Shown here: one piece after another, positions 10,865-20,269 of the stretch
Position numbering within the stretch: position 1 is the stretch's first letter
How the letters are laid out: every line of letters starts with the position of its first letter
Translations under genes and position numbers: made by a program
Source: Acidobacteriota bacterium
Lineage (GTDB): Bacteria; Acidobacteriota; Thermoanaerobaculia; Gp7-AA8
Direction: 5' to 3'
DNA: 64,000 nucleotides
Assembly: GCA_019244185.1 (NCBI GenBank)
Contig: JAFATB010000019.1
Span: 128,001-192,000, forward strand
The notes under the pieces: model-generated
Databases searched by the model: none
Seen by the model: only the letters and a program-made list of their open reading frames with translations
Told to the model about the DNA's origin: nothing

Positions 10865-11503
10865 ATGACCGCCGAGACGCTCGTGGTGCCGCGCGCCGCT
10901 TTCGACTTCGAGGAGCCGTGGGCGACGCCGCCGGAATGCACGCCCGTGCGTTTGCGCGCCGCGACCGACGCCTCCGCGCCGCGCCTGGCGACGAGCATCA
11001 CCGTCTGGTTCGACGACGCGTATCTGACGGTGCTCTTCTGCGCCTCCGACGACCGCATCGAAGCCTCGCATCTCGCGCACGACGCGCCGCTCTACGAGGA
11101 AGACGCCTTCGAGCTCTTTCTCGCGCCGGAGCGCCTCACGCGCTACTTCGAGATCGAGGTGAGCCCGCGCGGCACGATCTTCGACGCCGCGATCGACTCG
11201 CCCGACGGCGTGCGCCAGACGATGAGCGTCGATCGCGAATGGAACTGCGAGGGGCTCTTCGCCGCCGTGCGAACTGTCATCGAATCCAACGGCACGATGA
11301 GCGTCGACACCGTCGTGCGCGTGCCGTTCGCGGCGCTGGGTTGTCCTGTTCCGTCCGACGGCGACACGTGGCGCGCGAACTTCTTTCGCATCGACCGCCA
11401 CCCGGAGCGCGGCGACGAATACAGCGCGTGGCAGCCGACGATGAGAGTGCCCGCCGACTTTCACGTGGCGGACGCGTTTGGAACGCTCAGGTTCAAAGGC
11501 TGA
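10865..11503 (+). CDS. carbohydrate-binding family 9-like protein
   Basis: DAPLYEEDAFELF, YFEIEVSPRG, WRANFFR, AWQPT...FH...FG; GGAGG SD. Confidence 0.85.
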   Translation: MTAETLVVPRAAFDFEEPWATPPECTPVRLRAATDASAPRLATSITVWFDDAYLTVLFCASDDRIEASHLAHDAPLYEEDAFELFLAPERLTRYFEIEVSPRGTIFDAAIDSPDGVRQTMSVDREWNCEGLFAAVRTVIESNGTMSVDTVVRVPFAALGCPVPSDGDTWRANFFRIDRHPERGDEYSAWQPTMRVPADFHVADAFGTLRFKG

Positions 11504-11592
11504 ATGAAGAATTTCGAATGAAGAATTCAGAATGAAGACCGCGCCGGCGCGCCTTCTCAATTCTTCATTCTTCATTCGAAATTCTTCATTCA
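11501..11592. repeat. heptamer-repeat (GAATGAA-type) inverted-arm element, copy A
   Basis: tandem 7-mer arms in inverted orientation around a GC-rich spacer; core CTTCTCAATTCTTCATTCT at 11553-11571. Confidence 0.85.
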
Positions 11593-11631
11593 TCGTTTTC
11601 TCCGGCCTACCCCTTGCACCCGCGCCCTCCC

Positions 11632-13476
11632 GTGCGCCGCCCCCTCCTCCTCCTCCTCCTCCTGACTTCGCTCTCCGCCTCCGCCGCCAACTGGGGTGAG
11701 CGCGGCATCAGCCGCCGCTTCGCGCTGCGCGGCAATCTGCTCTACGACGTCGACGGACGCGGCGTCTCCGTGTACGACGTGAGCGATACCTCCTCGATCC
11801 GCCGCGTCGACAGCGAGCCGTGGAACGACGAGACGTACGACCTCGCGCTGCACGGCGACCAGGCCATCGTGGCCACGAGGCGCGGGCTCGTGCGTTACGC
11901 GATCGGCGCCGACGGCATGCTCGCGTTCTCCGGCGTCAACGAATCCCTTCCTCCGATTTCCCACCTCGCCGCGAACGCCGACGCGATCGCCGCATCGACC
12001 GGCGACCGGCTCCTCTTCATCAACGACGAGACGCTCGACGCCGACCGCGAGATCGCGTTCAACAATCCGATCCGCGCGCTCGCGTTCAGCGACGACGCGC
12101 TCTACGTCGCCGTCGAACGCTCCGGCATCTTCGTGCTCGATCCGCAGAGCGGCGAACAGCTCGGCTTCGTGCCGGTCGAAGCGACCGCGCTCGCCGTCAA
12201 CGGCGCGACGCTCTGGGCGGCGGGCGGCACGCTCAAAGGCCTCACCGCGATCGACGTCAGCGATCCCGCGAACCCCGCGGTCATCGGCAACTCCGGCAAC
12301 AACGAGCACACGTACGGCGATCTCGCCGCGACGGACAACCGCGTCTACGCGATCGAAGGCGCGGACGAAGTGCGCGTCTTCGACACCTCCGATGCGACCG
12401 ACCCGCAACTCGTCTCATCGATCGACGACTGGGTCGCCGTCGTCGCCGCGTCCGGCAACCGCGTGTTCCTCTCCGGCTCGATCGTCGACCAGCACGGGAT
12501 GAAATCCGAGACCGGCGTTCCGCTGCGCGTCTACGACGCCACGACGCTGGCGACCCTCGGCGAGTTCGACGATCTCGCCGGCGCGGTGAGCGGCGCGTGG
12601 ACCGACGGCTCGGTCGCGTTCATCGTCGACCCGCCGTACTTTCGCGTGCTCGACGTCTCGAACAGCGACGCCCCGCGCGAGCTCGCGAACCTCATCGTGC
12701 CGGGGCTGCAGGACTCGATCCGCGTGCGCGACGGCATGGCCATCGTCTACGGCCGCGCGAAGGTGAACTTCATCGACGTCCACGACATCTACCGTCCGAC
12801 CTTCGACGGCACGTGGGACGCGCAGGGACATCCGCCCGGCGGCGCCGGCTTCACCGGCCAGGACACCGTCGTCGAGGCGAACGATCACAGCGGCATGCAC
12901 GTGGTCGACTACAGCGATCCGACGAACCCGCGCATCATCGGCAGCATCAACATGCACTACTTCGAGATCGCGACCGGCGACAGCGCGATCTACACGATCG
13001 ACGCGAGCGCGCTGCTGGCGCGCGAGCTCGTCAACCGCACTCACATCGTCGAACGCAGCGCTTTCAAGACGCTCTATCAGCACCTCGACTCCGCGCCGCC
13101 GAACTCGCCGGCACCGGAGCGCCTCGTCGCGACCGCAGGCAATCTCATCTCGGTCTTCAGCCTCGCCGCCGATCGTTTCGCGCCGGTCGAGGTCGCTCGC
13201 ATCCCGTTCGGCGGTGTGGACGCGCTCGGCACGACCGCGACGACCGCCTGGGTCGCGCGCGACGGCGTGCTCCACCGCATCGATCTCCTCAGCCCCGGCG
13301 CGCCGGAGGCCACCGACTACCACGTCACCGCGCCGATGCAGATCAGCGCGGCAGGCGAGAAGATCGTCGTAGCGGACCGCTATTCGGTGCGCGTCTACGG
13401 GCCGCAGACCGACGCGCCCCCGCCCCCGCCGCCTCCGTCCGCGCCGCCGATGCGCCACCGCGCCATCCGCCACTGA
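11632..13476 (+). CDS. secreted LVIVD-like beta-propeller protein
   Basis: signal peptide, repeated xDVSDPxxP blades, Pro linker then MRHRAIRH C-terminus. Confidence 0.8.
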   Translation: MRRPLLLLLLLTSLSASAANWGERGISRRFALRGNLLYDVDGRGVSVYDVSDTSSIRRVDSEPWNDETYDLALHGDQAIVATRRGLVRYAIGADGMLAFSGVNESLPPISHLAANADAIAASTGDRLLFINDETLDADREIAFNNPIRALAFSDDALYVAVERSGIFVLDPQSGEQLGFVPVEATALAVNGATLWAAGGTLKGLTAIDVSDPANPAVIGNSGNNEHTYGDLAATDNRVYAIEGADEVRVFDTSDATDPQLVSSIDDWVAVVAASGNRVFLSGSIVDQHGMKSETGVPLRVYDATTLATLGEFDDLAGAVSGAWTDGSVAFIVDPPYFRVLDVSNSDAPRELANLIVPGLQDSIRVRDGMAIVYGRAKVNFIDVHDIYRPTFDGTWDAQGHPPGGAGFTGQDTVVEANDHSGMHVVDYSDPTNPRIIGSINMHYFEIATGDSAIYTIDASALLARELVNRTHIVERSAFKTLYQHLDSAPPNSPAPERLVATAGNLISVFSLAADRFAPVEVARIPFGGVDALGTTATTAWVARDGVLHRIDLLSPGAPEATDYHVTAPMQISAAGEKIVVADRYSVRVYGPQTDAPPPPPPPSAPPMRHRAIRH

Positions 13477-13585
13477 ATTTCGGACGGAGGATTTCAGGAA
13501 TTCATCCGAACTTTTCTGATTTGTAAACGGTACTCCGGCACGTTGGGCGTAGAGTGACGGCGGCTAAAGGGACCTCTTTCTCCAT

Positions 13586-14047
13586 ATGGTTCGATGCATT
13601 CCCAGACTGATCCTGCTCGCGCTCGTCGCCGCGACCGTCGTCGTGCGCGGCCAGGAGGCGAAGTGCAGCAGCACCGCGCAGGAGTGCGATCAGCAGATCC
13701 GGAAGATGCTCAGCGGCCGCCGCTACCTCGGCGCCACGATCGCCGAGACGAACCCCGGACTGCTCATCAAAGCGCTCGTGCCGGACGGCCCCGCCGCGCG
13801 TTCCGGGCTTCGCACCGGCGACCGCCTCATTGCGGTCAACGGCAAGTCGCTGACGCAGGCATCCGCGAGCGAGTTCAAGCAGATCCTCGCCGACGCCGGT
13901 CAGACAGGGCGGCTCTGGATCATCGTCTGGCGCCGCGGAGCGTACATCAAAGTCGACGCACGACTGGAACCATACACGAAGGAGCAGATCGACAAGATCG
14001 TCGCGGCGCACATCGCCCAGAGCCACACCATGACGGCAGCGCAGTGA
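13586..14047 (+). CDS. secreted PDZ-domain protein
   Basis: signal peptide, YLGAT, GPAARSGLRTGDRLIAVNG. Confidence 0.85.
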   Translation: MVRCIPRLILLALVAATVVVRGQEAKCSSTAQECDQQIRKMLSGRRYLGATIAETNPGLLIKALVPDGPAARSGLRTGDRLIAVNGKSLTQASASEFKQILADAGQTGRLWIIVWRRGAYIKVDARLEPYTKEQIDKIVAAHIAQSHTMTAAQ

Positions 14048-14069
14048 TGACCGGTCGATCCCACGGCCG

Positions 14070-15647
14070 ATGTTTTCCGACCTGATCGAGAGACTGCGAG
14101 CGCTCTCCCCGCGCGGGAGACGGCCGGACCGCGTCTCGATCCTGCTCCCCTTCCTGATCATCTCCATCGGCCTCGGCGCGCTCGCCTGGCGCTCGTTCGA
14201 TCTGTCGCGCAAGACCGAGCTCAGCGCGAAGACGCTCGCGATTCAATACGCCGGCTACTCGGCCGAGATCGCCGCGCGCCGCGTCGACGCCGCCGTCCGC
14301 ACCGAGATGATCCGCGCCTCCGATGACTGGCGCCAGACCGAGCGCCGCGACGGCGCGCCGACGTTCGCCTCCGTGCGCGAGTGGGTCGCGCAGCGCGGCT
14401 GGATCGTCTCCGCGATCTACGTTCCCGACGACGATCCGGCCAGCTCGGTCTACGTCAGCGAGCTCGCCGCGCACGACCACGCCGTGCGCCTCTCGCGCGA
14501 GATCTTCACCTCCAGCGGCACGATGCGCTACACCTACGATCCACGCCGCCTGCTCCAGGCCGTGCAGGACGCGGTCAAGCAGCAGCCGCTCGTGCGCGTC
14601 GGCGCTGAAGCGGGACTCCCGATCGGCCAGCGCGCCGACCTCACGCTCGTGCTCGATCCGCACGTCGAAGGTCTGCAGCGCGTCGATGACGGCTACCGCT
14701 TCACCGCCGCGCTCGCGCCGCCGCTGCAGGCGTACGGCGTCCGCGCCGCCGTGCGCACCGCGTACGTCGGCGGCCGCGGCTGGGAGAACCAGCGCTTCGT
14801 CTCGCTCAGCGTGAGCATCCTGGCCATCATCCTCACCGGCGCCGGCGTCATGCTCGCGCTGCGCGGCATGAACAAGGAAGCGGAGACGACCAAGCTCCGC
14901 GGCGCGCTCATCGCGAACGTCTCGCACGAGCTGCGCACGCCGCTCTCGATGATCCGCCTCGGCGCGGAGACGCTCAAGCTCGGACGCCTCAAACCGCAGG
15001 AGCGCGCCGAGATCGAGGACCAGATCCTCCGCGAGGTGCTGCTCCTCTCGCACCTCGTCGAGAACGTGCTCGATGTCGCGCGCATGCAGAACCGCAGCAC
15101 GAAGGCGCTGGCCTTCACCGCCGTGCATCCGCGTGACCTCATCCGCGGCCTCGTCGCGACGTACGAGGGCTGGATCCGCAGCAAAGGCTTCACCGTCGCG
15201 CTCGAGCTCGACGAGAGCATCGGTCCGCAGATGTGGGACCGCGACGCCGTGTCGCGCGCGCTGCTCAACCTCATCGACAACGCCATCAAGTATTCGAACG
15301 ACGACAAAGCCATCGACGTCGCGCTGCGCGAGACCGCGGAGCACGTCGTCATCGAGGTGAAGGACCGCGGCATCGGCATCGACGCCAAGGACGCGGCGCG
15401 CATCTTCGATCCGTACTACCGCGCGAAGTTCTCCGACACCATCACGCGCCGCGGCGCCGGACTCGGACTCACGCTCGTGCAGCAGATCGTGCATTCGCAC
15501 GGCGGACGCGTCGAGCTCGAGTCGCAGCCCGGCGCCGGCTCGACCTTCCGCCTGCTCTTCCCGCGCGAGCTCGCGGACGCCGCGGCCGACGACGCGACCG
15601 ACTCGCGCCGCTCGCTCGGCGAAACCCTCGCCCCCGGACTCCCGTAA
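14070..15647 (+). CDS. membrane sensor histidine kinase
   Basis: 2 TM helices, SHELRTPL H-box, NLIDNAIKY, DRGIGI, GAGLGL. Confidence 0.95.
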   Translation: MFSDLIERLRALSPRGRRPDRVSILLPFLIISIGLGALAWRSFDLSRKTELSAKTLAIQYAGYSAEIAARRVDAAVRTEMIRASDDWRQTERRDGAPTFASVREWVAQRGWIVSAIYVPDDDPASSVYVSELAAHDHAVRLSREIFTSSGTMRYTYDPRRLLQAVQDAVKQQPLVRVGAEAGLPIGQRADLTLVLDPHVEGLQRVDDGYRFTAALAPPLQAYGVRAAVRTAYVGGRGWENQRFVSLSVSILAIILTGAGVMLALRGMNKEAETTKLRGALIANVSHELRTPLSMIRLGAETLKLGRLKPQERAEIEDQILREVLLLSHLVENVLDVARMQNRSTKALAFTAVHPRDLIRGLVATYEGWIRSKGFTVALELDESIGPQMWDRDAVSRALLNLIDNAIKYSNDDKAIDVALRETAEHVVIEVKDRGIGIDAKDAARIFDPYYRAKFSDTITRRGAGLGLTLVQQIVHSHGGRVELESQPGAGSTFRLLFPRELADAAADDATDSRRSLGETLAPGLP

Positions 15648-15673
15648 CATTGCCGTACAACGGAGCGTTTTGA

Positions 15674-16390
15674 ATGACGAAGATCCTGATCGTGGAAGAC
15701 GAGGCGGGACTGAGGCAGGGACTGGAGATCAATCTCCGCCACGAGAATTACGAGACGGCCACGGCCGCCGACGGCGAGGAGGCCATCCGCCTCTTCCACG
15801 CTGAGAGCCCCGATCTCATCCTGCTCGACCTCATGCTGCCGAAGAAAAGCGGATTCGAGGTCCTCGACCACATCCGCAAAGTCTCGAAAGTGCCGGTGAT
15901 CCTGCTCACCGCGCGCGGCCAGGAGACCGACAAGGTCCGCGGTCTGCGCGGCGGCGCGGATGACTACGTCACCAAGCCGTTCGGCGTGCAGGAGCTCTTC
16001 GCGCGCATCGACGCGGTCATGCGCCGCAGCGAGGTCGTGACGACGACGGCGCGGTCGATCTGCGAGGACTCGCTGATCCGCCTCGATCCCGCCACGCGCG
16101 AAGCCTCGGCGAACAATCAGAAGCTCAAGCTCTCGCCGAAAGAGTTCGATCTGCTGATGTACCTCTTCAAGAACAAGGAGCGCGTCGTGCCGCGCGACGA
16201 GCTGCTCTCGCGCGTCTGGAACTATCGCGTCGATCTCAACCTCAACAGCCGCACCGTCGACACGCACGTCACGCGTCTGCGCCGCAAGCTGCAGAAGGCG
16301 GTCGGCACCGACGCCGCGGTCATCGTCGCCGTCGCGAAGATCGGCTACCGCTACCTCGGCGAGGCCAGCGGCTCGGCGGTGGCGCGCTGA
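15674..16390 (+). CDS. OmpR/PhoB-family response regulator
   Basis: REC domain (VEDE, LDLMLP, KPF) plus winged helix (RTVDTHVTRLRRKL). Confidence 0.95.
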   Translation: MTKILIVEDEAGLRQGLEINLRHENYETATAADGEEAIRLFHAESPDLILLDLMLPKKSGFEVLDHIRKVSKVPVILLTARGQETDKVRGLRGGADDYVTKPFGVQELFARIDAVMRRSEVVTTTARSICEDSLIRLDPATREASANNQKLKLSPKEFDLLMYLFKNKERVVPRDELLSRVWNYRVDLNLNSRTVDTHVTRLRRKLQKAVGTDAAVIVAVAKIGYRYLGEASGSAVAR

Positions 16391-16424
16391 TCGCGATGCA
16401 GGACCTGGAGTAGAATCCGCCGCA

Positions 16425-16493
16425 ATGTCTCGGACGACCGTTCACGCGTGCGCTTGTTGTCGGCCCGCCGCGGGTCCGTCCGAGGTTTGTTGA
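16425..16493 (+). CDS. putative cysteine-attenuator leader peptide MSRTTVHACACCRPAAGPSEVC (22 aa)
   Basis: ATG 8 nt after TAGAAT -10; 4 Cys codons; directly upstream of cysK and overlapping the alternative helices. Confidence 0.8.
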   Translation: MSRTTVHACACCRPAAGPSEVC

Positions 16494-16523
16494 TGGTCGT
16501 TTAAAAACCCAGCGAATCGAGAT

Positions 16524-16559
16524 GGACCCGAGCCGTTGCGCTCGGGTCTTTTTGTTTTT
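16524..16559 (+). terminator. intrinsic terminator (attenuator) in the cysK leader
   Basis: GACCCGAGC-cgttgc-GCTCGGGTC followed by TTTTTGTTTTT, 28 nt before the cysK ATG. Confidence 0.88.
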
Positions 16560-16587
16560 GCGCGAAAGAAAGGAACGGTTTCCCCTC

Positions 16588-17601
16588 ATGAGCGAACGTA
16601 CCGAACGCATTTACGACAACATCACGGACCTCATCGGCAACACGCCGCTCGTGCGCATCCGCAACGTCGTGCCCGAAGGCGCTGCGGAAGTGCTGGCCAA
16701 GCTCGAGTCGTTCAATCCGCTCTCGTCGGTGAAGGATCGCATCGCCATCTCGATGGTGCGCGAGGCGGAGAAAGCGGGCGAGATCGGTCCGGGCTCGACG
16801 ATCATCGAGGCCACGAGCGGCAACACCGGCATCGGTCTCGCGTTCGTCGCCGCCGCGCTCGGCTACCGCTGCGTGCTGGTGCTGCCCGATACGTTCTCGA
16901 TCGAACGCCGCAAGCTGTTGCAGGCGCTCGGCGCGGAGCTGATCCTCACGCCCGGCCCGATGGGCATCAAGGAAGCGCAGCGCGTCGCCGGCGAGTACGC
17001 GGAGAAGACGCCGGGCGCGTGGCTCTCGCGCCAGTTCGACAATCCCGCGAACGTGAAGATCCACCGCGAGACCACCGCGCGCGAGATCCTGCGCGACACC
17101 GGCGGCCGCGTCGACGCCGTCGTCGCAGGAGTCGGCACCGGCGGCACGGTCACCGGCGTCGGTCAGATCCTCAAACAGGAGCTCGGAACGAACGTGCAGA
17201 TCGTCGCCGTCGAGCCGATCGAGTCGCAGGTGCTCAAAGGCGGCACGCACAGCCCGCACAAACTGCAGGGCATCGGCGCCGGCATGATCCCGGCGATCTA
17301 CGACGCGAGCGTCGTAGACCGCGTGGTCGACGTCTCGTCCGATGACGCGTTCAAAACCTCGCGCCGTCTCGCGAAAGAAGAAGGCATCTTCGTCGGCATC
17401 TCCTCCGGCGCCATCGCCTGGGCCGCGTTCCAGGTCGCGAAAGACCTCGGCCCCGGCAAGCGCGTCGTGGTCGTCCTTCCCGACACCGGCGAGCGCTATC
17501 TGTCGACCGCGCTATTCGAATACACGGACCTCGTGAACCAGCCAGCGACGACGCCGCAGATGCTCGCGGAGCGCGCGGGAGCGACGGCGCAGGCACCTTA
17601 G
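16588..17601 (+). CDS. cysK: cysteine synthase A
   Basis: IGNTPLV, SVKDRIA (PLP Lys), EATSGNTG, GVGTGGT, HKLQGIGAG, PDTGERYLST. Confidence 0.96.
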   Translation: MSERTERIYDNITDLIGNTPLVRIRNVVPEGAAEVLAKLESFNPLSSVKDRIAISMVREAEKAGEIGPGSTIIEATSGNTGIGLAFVAAALGYRCVLVLPDTFSIERRKLLQALGAELILTPGPMGIKEAQRVAGEYAEKTPGAWLSRQFDNPANVKIHRETTAREILRDTGGRVDAVVAGVGTGGTVTGVGQILKQELGTNVQIVAVEPIESQVLKGGTHSPHKLQGIGAGMIPAIYDASVVDRVVDVSSDDAFKTSRRLAKEEGIFVGISSGAIAWAAFQVAKDLGPGKRVVVVLPDTGERYLSTALFEYTDLVNQPATTPQMLAERAGATAQAP

Positions 17602-17610
17602 AAGGAAAAG

Positions 17611-17722
17611 CGAATTTAGAACGCAGAACGCAGAACGCTGAATGAAGAAATGGGAACCGGCGCGACGCGCGCCGGGCGGGGGCTTCTCAATTCTTCATTC
17701 TGCATTCTGCGTTCTGCATTCC
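17611..17722. repeat. heptamer-repeat inverted-arm element, copy B
   Basis: AGAACGC/GAATGAA tandem arms; shared 19-nt core at 17683-17701. Confidence 0.85.
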
Positions 17723-17761
17723 GGCCCGGCACAAAGCACGTTCCCGCCTATCATTCGCGTC

Positions 17762-18373
17762 GTGGACACCCGCGCCGGTTCCGTCGCTTTCCTGGCCGCC
17801 GCCCTCCACCTCCTCGCCGCTCTCTCCCTCCTCCTTCTCCTCCAACCCGCCCTTCCCGGCGCGGCGTATCCGGCGCGCATCGCCTATCTCGAAACGCACC
17901 GCGCCGCGTGGACGCTCGGCTGGCTCACGTGGCAGCTCGCGGCGATGTCGCTCCTCGCGCTCATGGCCGTGCTCGCGTTGCGGTTTCGCGGCACGGTTGC
18001 GGTCACCGCGATGTGCATCGCGGCGGCGGCGTTCTCGATCGACTTCGCGTCGGAGTCGCGTTACATGGGAGTTCTGCCGGAGCTGCGCGGCGACGCGTTC
18101 GCGGCGCTCGATCGCGAGCTCGACGTGCTGATCGGCTTCGCCGCGAACGGGCTGTACACGATCGCGCTGGCGTTGCTCGTCGGTGCGGGCTGGCGCGCGT
18201 TGCCGAGCGCGGCGCGCATCCTGGCGGTGCCGGTCGTCGCGAGTGGACTCGCGCTCGCGGCCGCGTCGCTCGCACATGACGCGCGCGCGGAGACGATCAG
18301 CTCCGCGGTGCTGTTTCCGCTGCTCGTTTTGTGGATGATCGTGGTGGGATTGTGGCTGCGAAGAAACGCGTGA
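17762..18373 (+). CDS. hypothetical multi-pass membrane protein
   Basis: ~6 hydrophobic segments; GTG 7 nt after TATCAT. Confidence 0.75.
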   Translation: MDTRAGSVAFLAAALHLLAALSLLLLLQPALPGAAYPARIAYLETHRAAWTLGWLTWQLAAMSLLALMAVLALRFRGTVAVTAMCIAAAAFSIDFASESRYMGVLPELRGDAFAALDRELDVLIGFAANGLYTIALALLVGAGWRALPSAARILAVPVVASGLALAAASLAHDARAETISSAVLFPLLVLWMIVVGLWLRRNA

Positions 18374-19152
18374 TCGTCCTCGGCGCGCGCGGCGTGTTCG
18401 GCTCGCTGCTCGCCTCTGAGTTGCAGCGCGACTACGACGTCGTGCCGCTCACGCGCGGCATGGCGTTCGATCCGCGCGGCGCGTTCGCCGTCGCCTGCGC
18501 GGCCGGTCCGTTCCAGCAACTCGATCGCGGCCTCGTGCGCACGACCGTCGATGCCGGCGCGCACTGGCTCGACATCGCAGACGACGAGATGTGGTTCTTC
18601 GATCTCATCGACGATCGCGCGCTCGACGCGCGTGCACGCGAGCGCGGCGTCGCCGTGATCCCCGGACTCTCGACTCTACCCGCGCTCTCCGGCGCGCTCG
18701 TGCGGCGGCTCGGCGCGCCGCCGCACGTCACGCTCACGCTCTTCATCGGCAACAACAACCGCAAAGGCGTCGCCGCGATCGCGAGCGCGGCGCAGTCGGG
18801 CAACGGTCCGCTGCGCACGCCCGATCGCGAGCTGCTGCGCCGCGAGCTCGGCATCGACGCGCAGGCGTTCGTGAAGTTCGAAATCCCCGTCGCCGCGCCG
18901 CTGCTGCGTTTCCTCGGACGCGCGCCGCGTCTCGCCGCCGCGATCGCGAAGCCGTTCCGCTTCGGTACACGCGGCGGCTACGTCGAAGCGCGCGCGGGCA
19001 ATCGCGTCGAACGCATTCGCGGCGGCGATCAACGGCTCGCGATTCTGCCGCTCGTCTTCGCCCTGGCGCGGCTCGACGACGTCCGCGGCTGCCATGCGCC
19101 GAGCGTCTTCGATGCCGAGGAGCTACTGCGATTCGTGGAGGCACGCGCGTGA
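18352..19152 (+). CDS. saccharopine dehydrogenase-like NAD(P)-binding protein
   Basis: VLGARGVFG Rossmann motif, CAAGPF, HWLDIAD; start uncertain. Confidence 0.75.
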   Translation: MAAKKRVIVLGARGVFGSLLASELQRDYDVVPLTRGMAFDPRGAFAVACAAGPFQQLDRGLVRTTVDAGAHWLDIADDEMWFFDLIDDRALDARARERGVAVIPGLSTLPALSGALVRRLGAPPHVTLTLFIGNNNRKGVAAIASAAQSGNGPLRTPDRELLRRELGIDAQAFVKFEIPVAAPLLRFLGRAPRLAAAIAKPFRFGTRGGYVEARAGNRVERIRGGDQRLAILPLVFALARLDDVRGCHAPSVFDAEELLRFVEARA

Positions 19153-19568
19153 AGCGAAGGAGACTGCATCGCATCGTGTTCGCGCTTGCGGGCGTGTACA
19201 ACCTCGCGTGGGGCGCGTACTCCGCGCTCGATCCGCAGTGGCTCTTCCGCTTCGCCGGCATGCCGCTGCAGAACCATCCCGAGATCTTCGCGTGTCTCGG
19301 CATGGTCGTCGGCGTGTACGGCTTGCTCTATCTCGACGTCGCGCGCGATCCGGAGCGCGGCGCGCGCATCGCCGCCGTCGGATTGCTGGGCAAAGTCCTC
19401 GGACCGATCGGACTCGCGCGGCTCATCGCCACCGGCGTGTGGCCGCTGAAGAGCATCGTCCTCTGCGTCACGAACGACTTCGTTTGGTGGATCCCGTTCG
19501 CGCTGTACCTGTGGGACGTCAGTCAGTTCGCGGCCGCATCCCGCCGTACGGGCCGGGACGCAGTTTGA
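19149..19568 (+). CDS. hypothetical membrane protein
   Basis: GTGA coupling; AGVYNLAWG, CLGMVVGVYG, GLLGKVLGPIG, TNDFVWWIPF. Confidence 0.8.
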   Translation: MKRRRLHRIVFALAGVYNLAWGAYSALDPQWLFRFAGMPLQNHPEIFACLGMVVGVYGLLYLDVARDPERGARIAAVGLLGKVLGPIGLARLIATGVWPLKSIVLCVTNDFVWWIPFALYLWDVSQFAAASRRTGRDAV

Positions 19569-19974
19569 ACTTCTCGAACTTCGCGCGCTGCTCCGGCGTC
19601 AGCACTGCCGCGATCTCCTCGTTCGTCGCGTGGATCTCCGCGGTCACGCGCGGCCGCATCGCGGCGAGCTCGGATTCCATGCGATTCACGTGACGCTCGA
19701 TGATCTGCTGGATGCGCGCGTGCTGCTCGCTGGTGAGGTCGAGGCGGCGATCGAGCCGGCGCAGCATCATGTGCGTTGCGAAGGGCGGCACGTGCATGCC
19801 GTGATGGAAGATCACGTAGCGGTCGGCGAAGAAGCCGACCACCAGGCCGGAGCCGAAGGCGAGCACCACCACGATCGCGGCGATGAGCGTCGTGACGAGT
19901 GCGGCCGACGACGAGCGCGGCGGAAGCTGCGGCGGAAGCTGGGACGGAACAGGGAGCGGATCAGTCGCCGACAC
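19519..19974 (-). CDS. membrane-anchored Spy/CpxP/ZraP-like protein
   Basis: TM anchor plus LDLTSEQ and LTPEQ (LTxxQ) motifs. Confidence 0.75.
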   Translation of the reverse strand: MSATDPLPVPSQLPPQLPPRSSSAALVTTLIAAIVVVLAFGSGLVVGFFADRYVIFHHGMHVPPFATHMMLRRLDRRLDLTSEQHARIQQIIERHVNRMESELAAMRPRVTAEIHATNEEIAAVLTPEQRAKFEKFKLRPGPYGGMRPRTD

Positions 19975-20269
19975 CGAGGGTTCCTCCTCCCGTCATCCAG
20001 GCCTCGATGACGCCGCCGTCGAGCAGCGGCTCGCGCTCGTTGAGCAACGCGAGGCCGAGCGTCGCCGCAAGCGCGATGGCGGACAGCGTCGCCACGAGCG
20101 GGCGAAACCATCCGGCGAGCAGTTCGGCCACGCTCGCGCGCGGCGCAATGCGCTCCTGAATGCGCATGCGGATGCGCGCGAGCTCGCGCTCGTCGGGCCG
20201 CGCGCGCAACGCGCGTGCGTCGCCGCGCAGGCGCTCGAAGAACTTGTCGTCGTCGTCAGTCGTGGTCAT
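19961..20269 (-). CDS. putative anti-sigma factor (single TM)
   Basis: overlaps the ECF sigma stop; short cytoplasmic part plus one TM helix. Confidence 0.6.
   Translation of the reverse strand: MTTTDDDDKFFERLRGDARALRARPDERELARIRMRIQERIAPRASVAELLAGWFRPLVATLSAIALAATLGLALLNEREPLLDGGVIEAWMTGGGTLGVGD

Noticed and set aside
11501-11592. Heptamer repeats as a CRISPR array
   Set aside because: No 25-40 nt repeats separated by unique spacers and no cas genes; the structure is an inverted tandem ladder.
11644-11664. (CTC)n simple repeat as a phase-variation switch
   Set aside because: A trinucleotide in-frame poly-Leu tract in a signal peptide; slippage would not shift the frame.
13535-13550. GGCACG box upstream of the PDZ gene as a sigma54 promoter
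   Set aside because: No GC at the required GG-N10-GC spacing.
17642-17761. N-terminal extensions given by the ORF track (e.g. 17642, 8459, 16522, 41942, 56786)
   Set aside because: They run through repeats, RNA genes or terminators; downstream starts fit family lengths and SD/-10 signals better.
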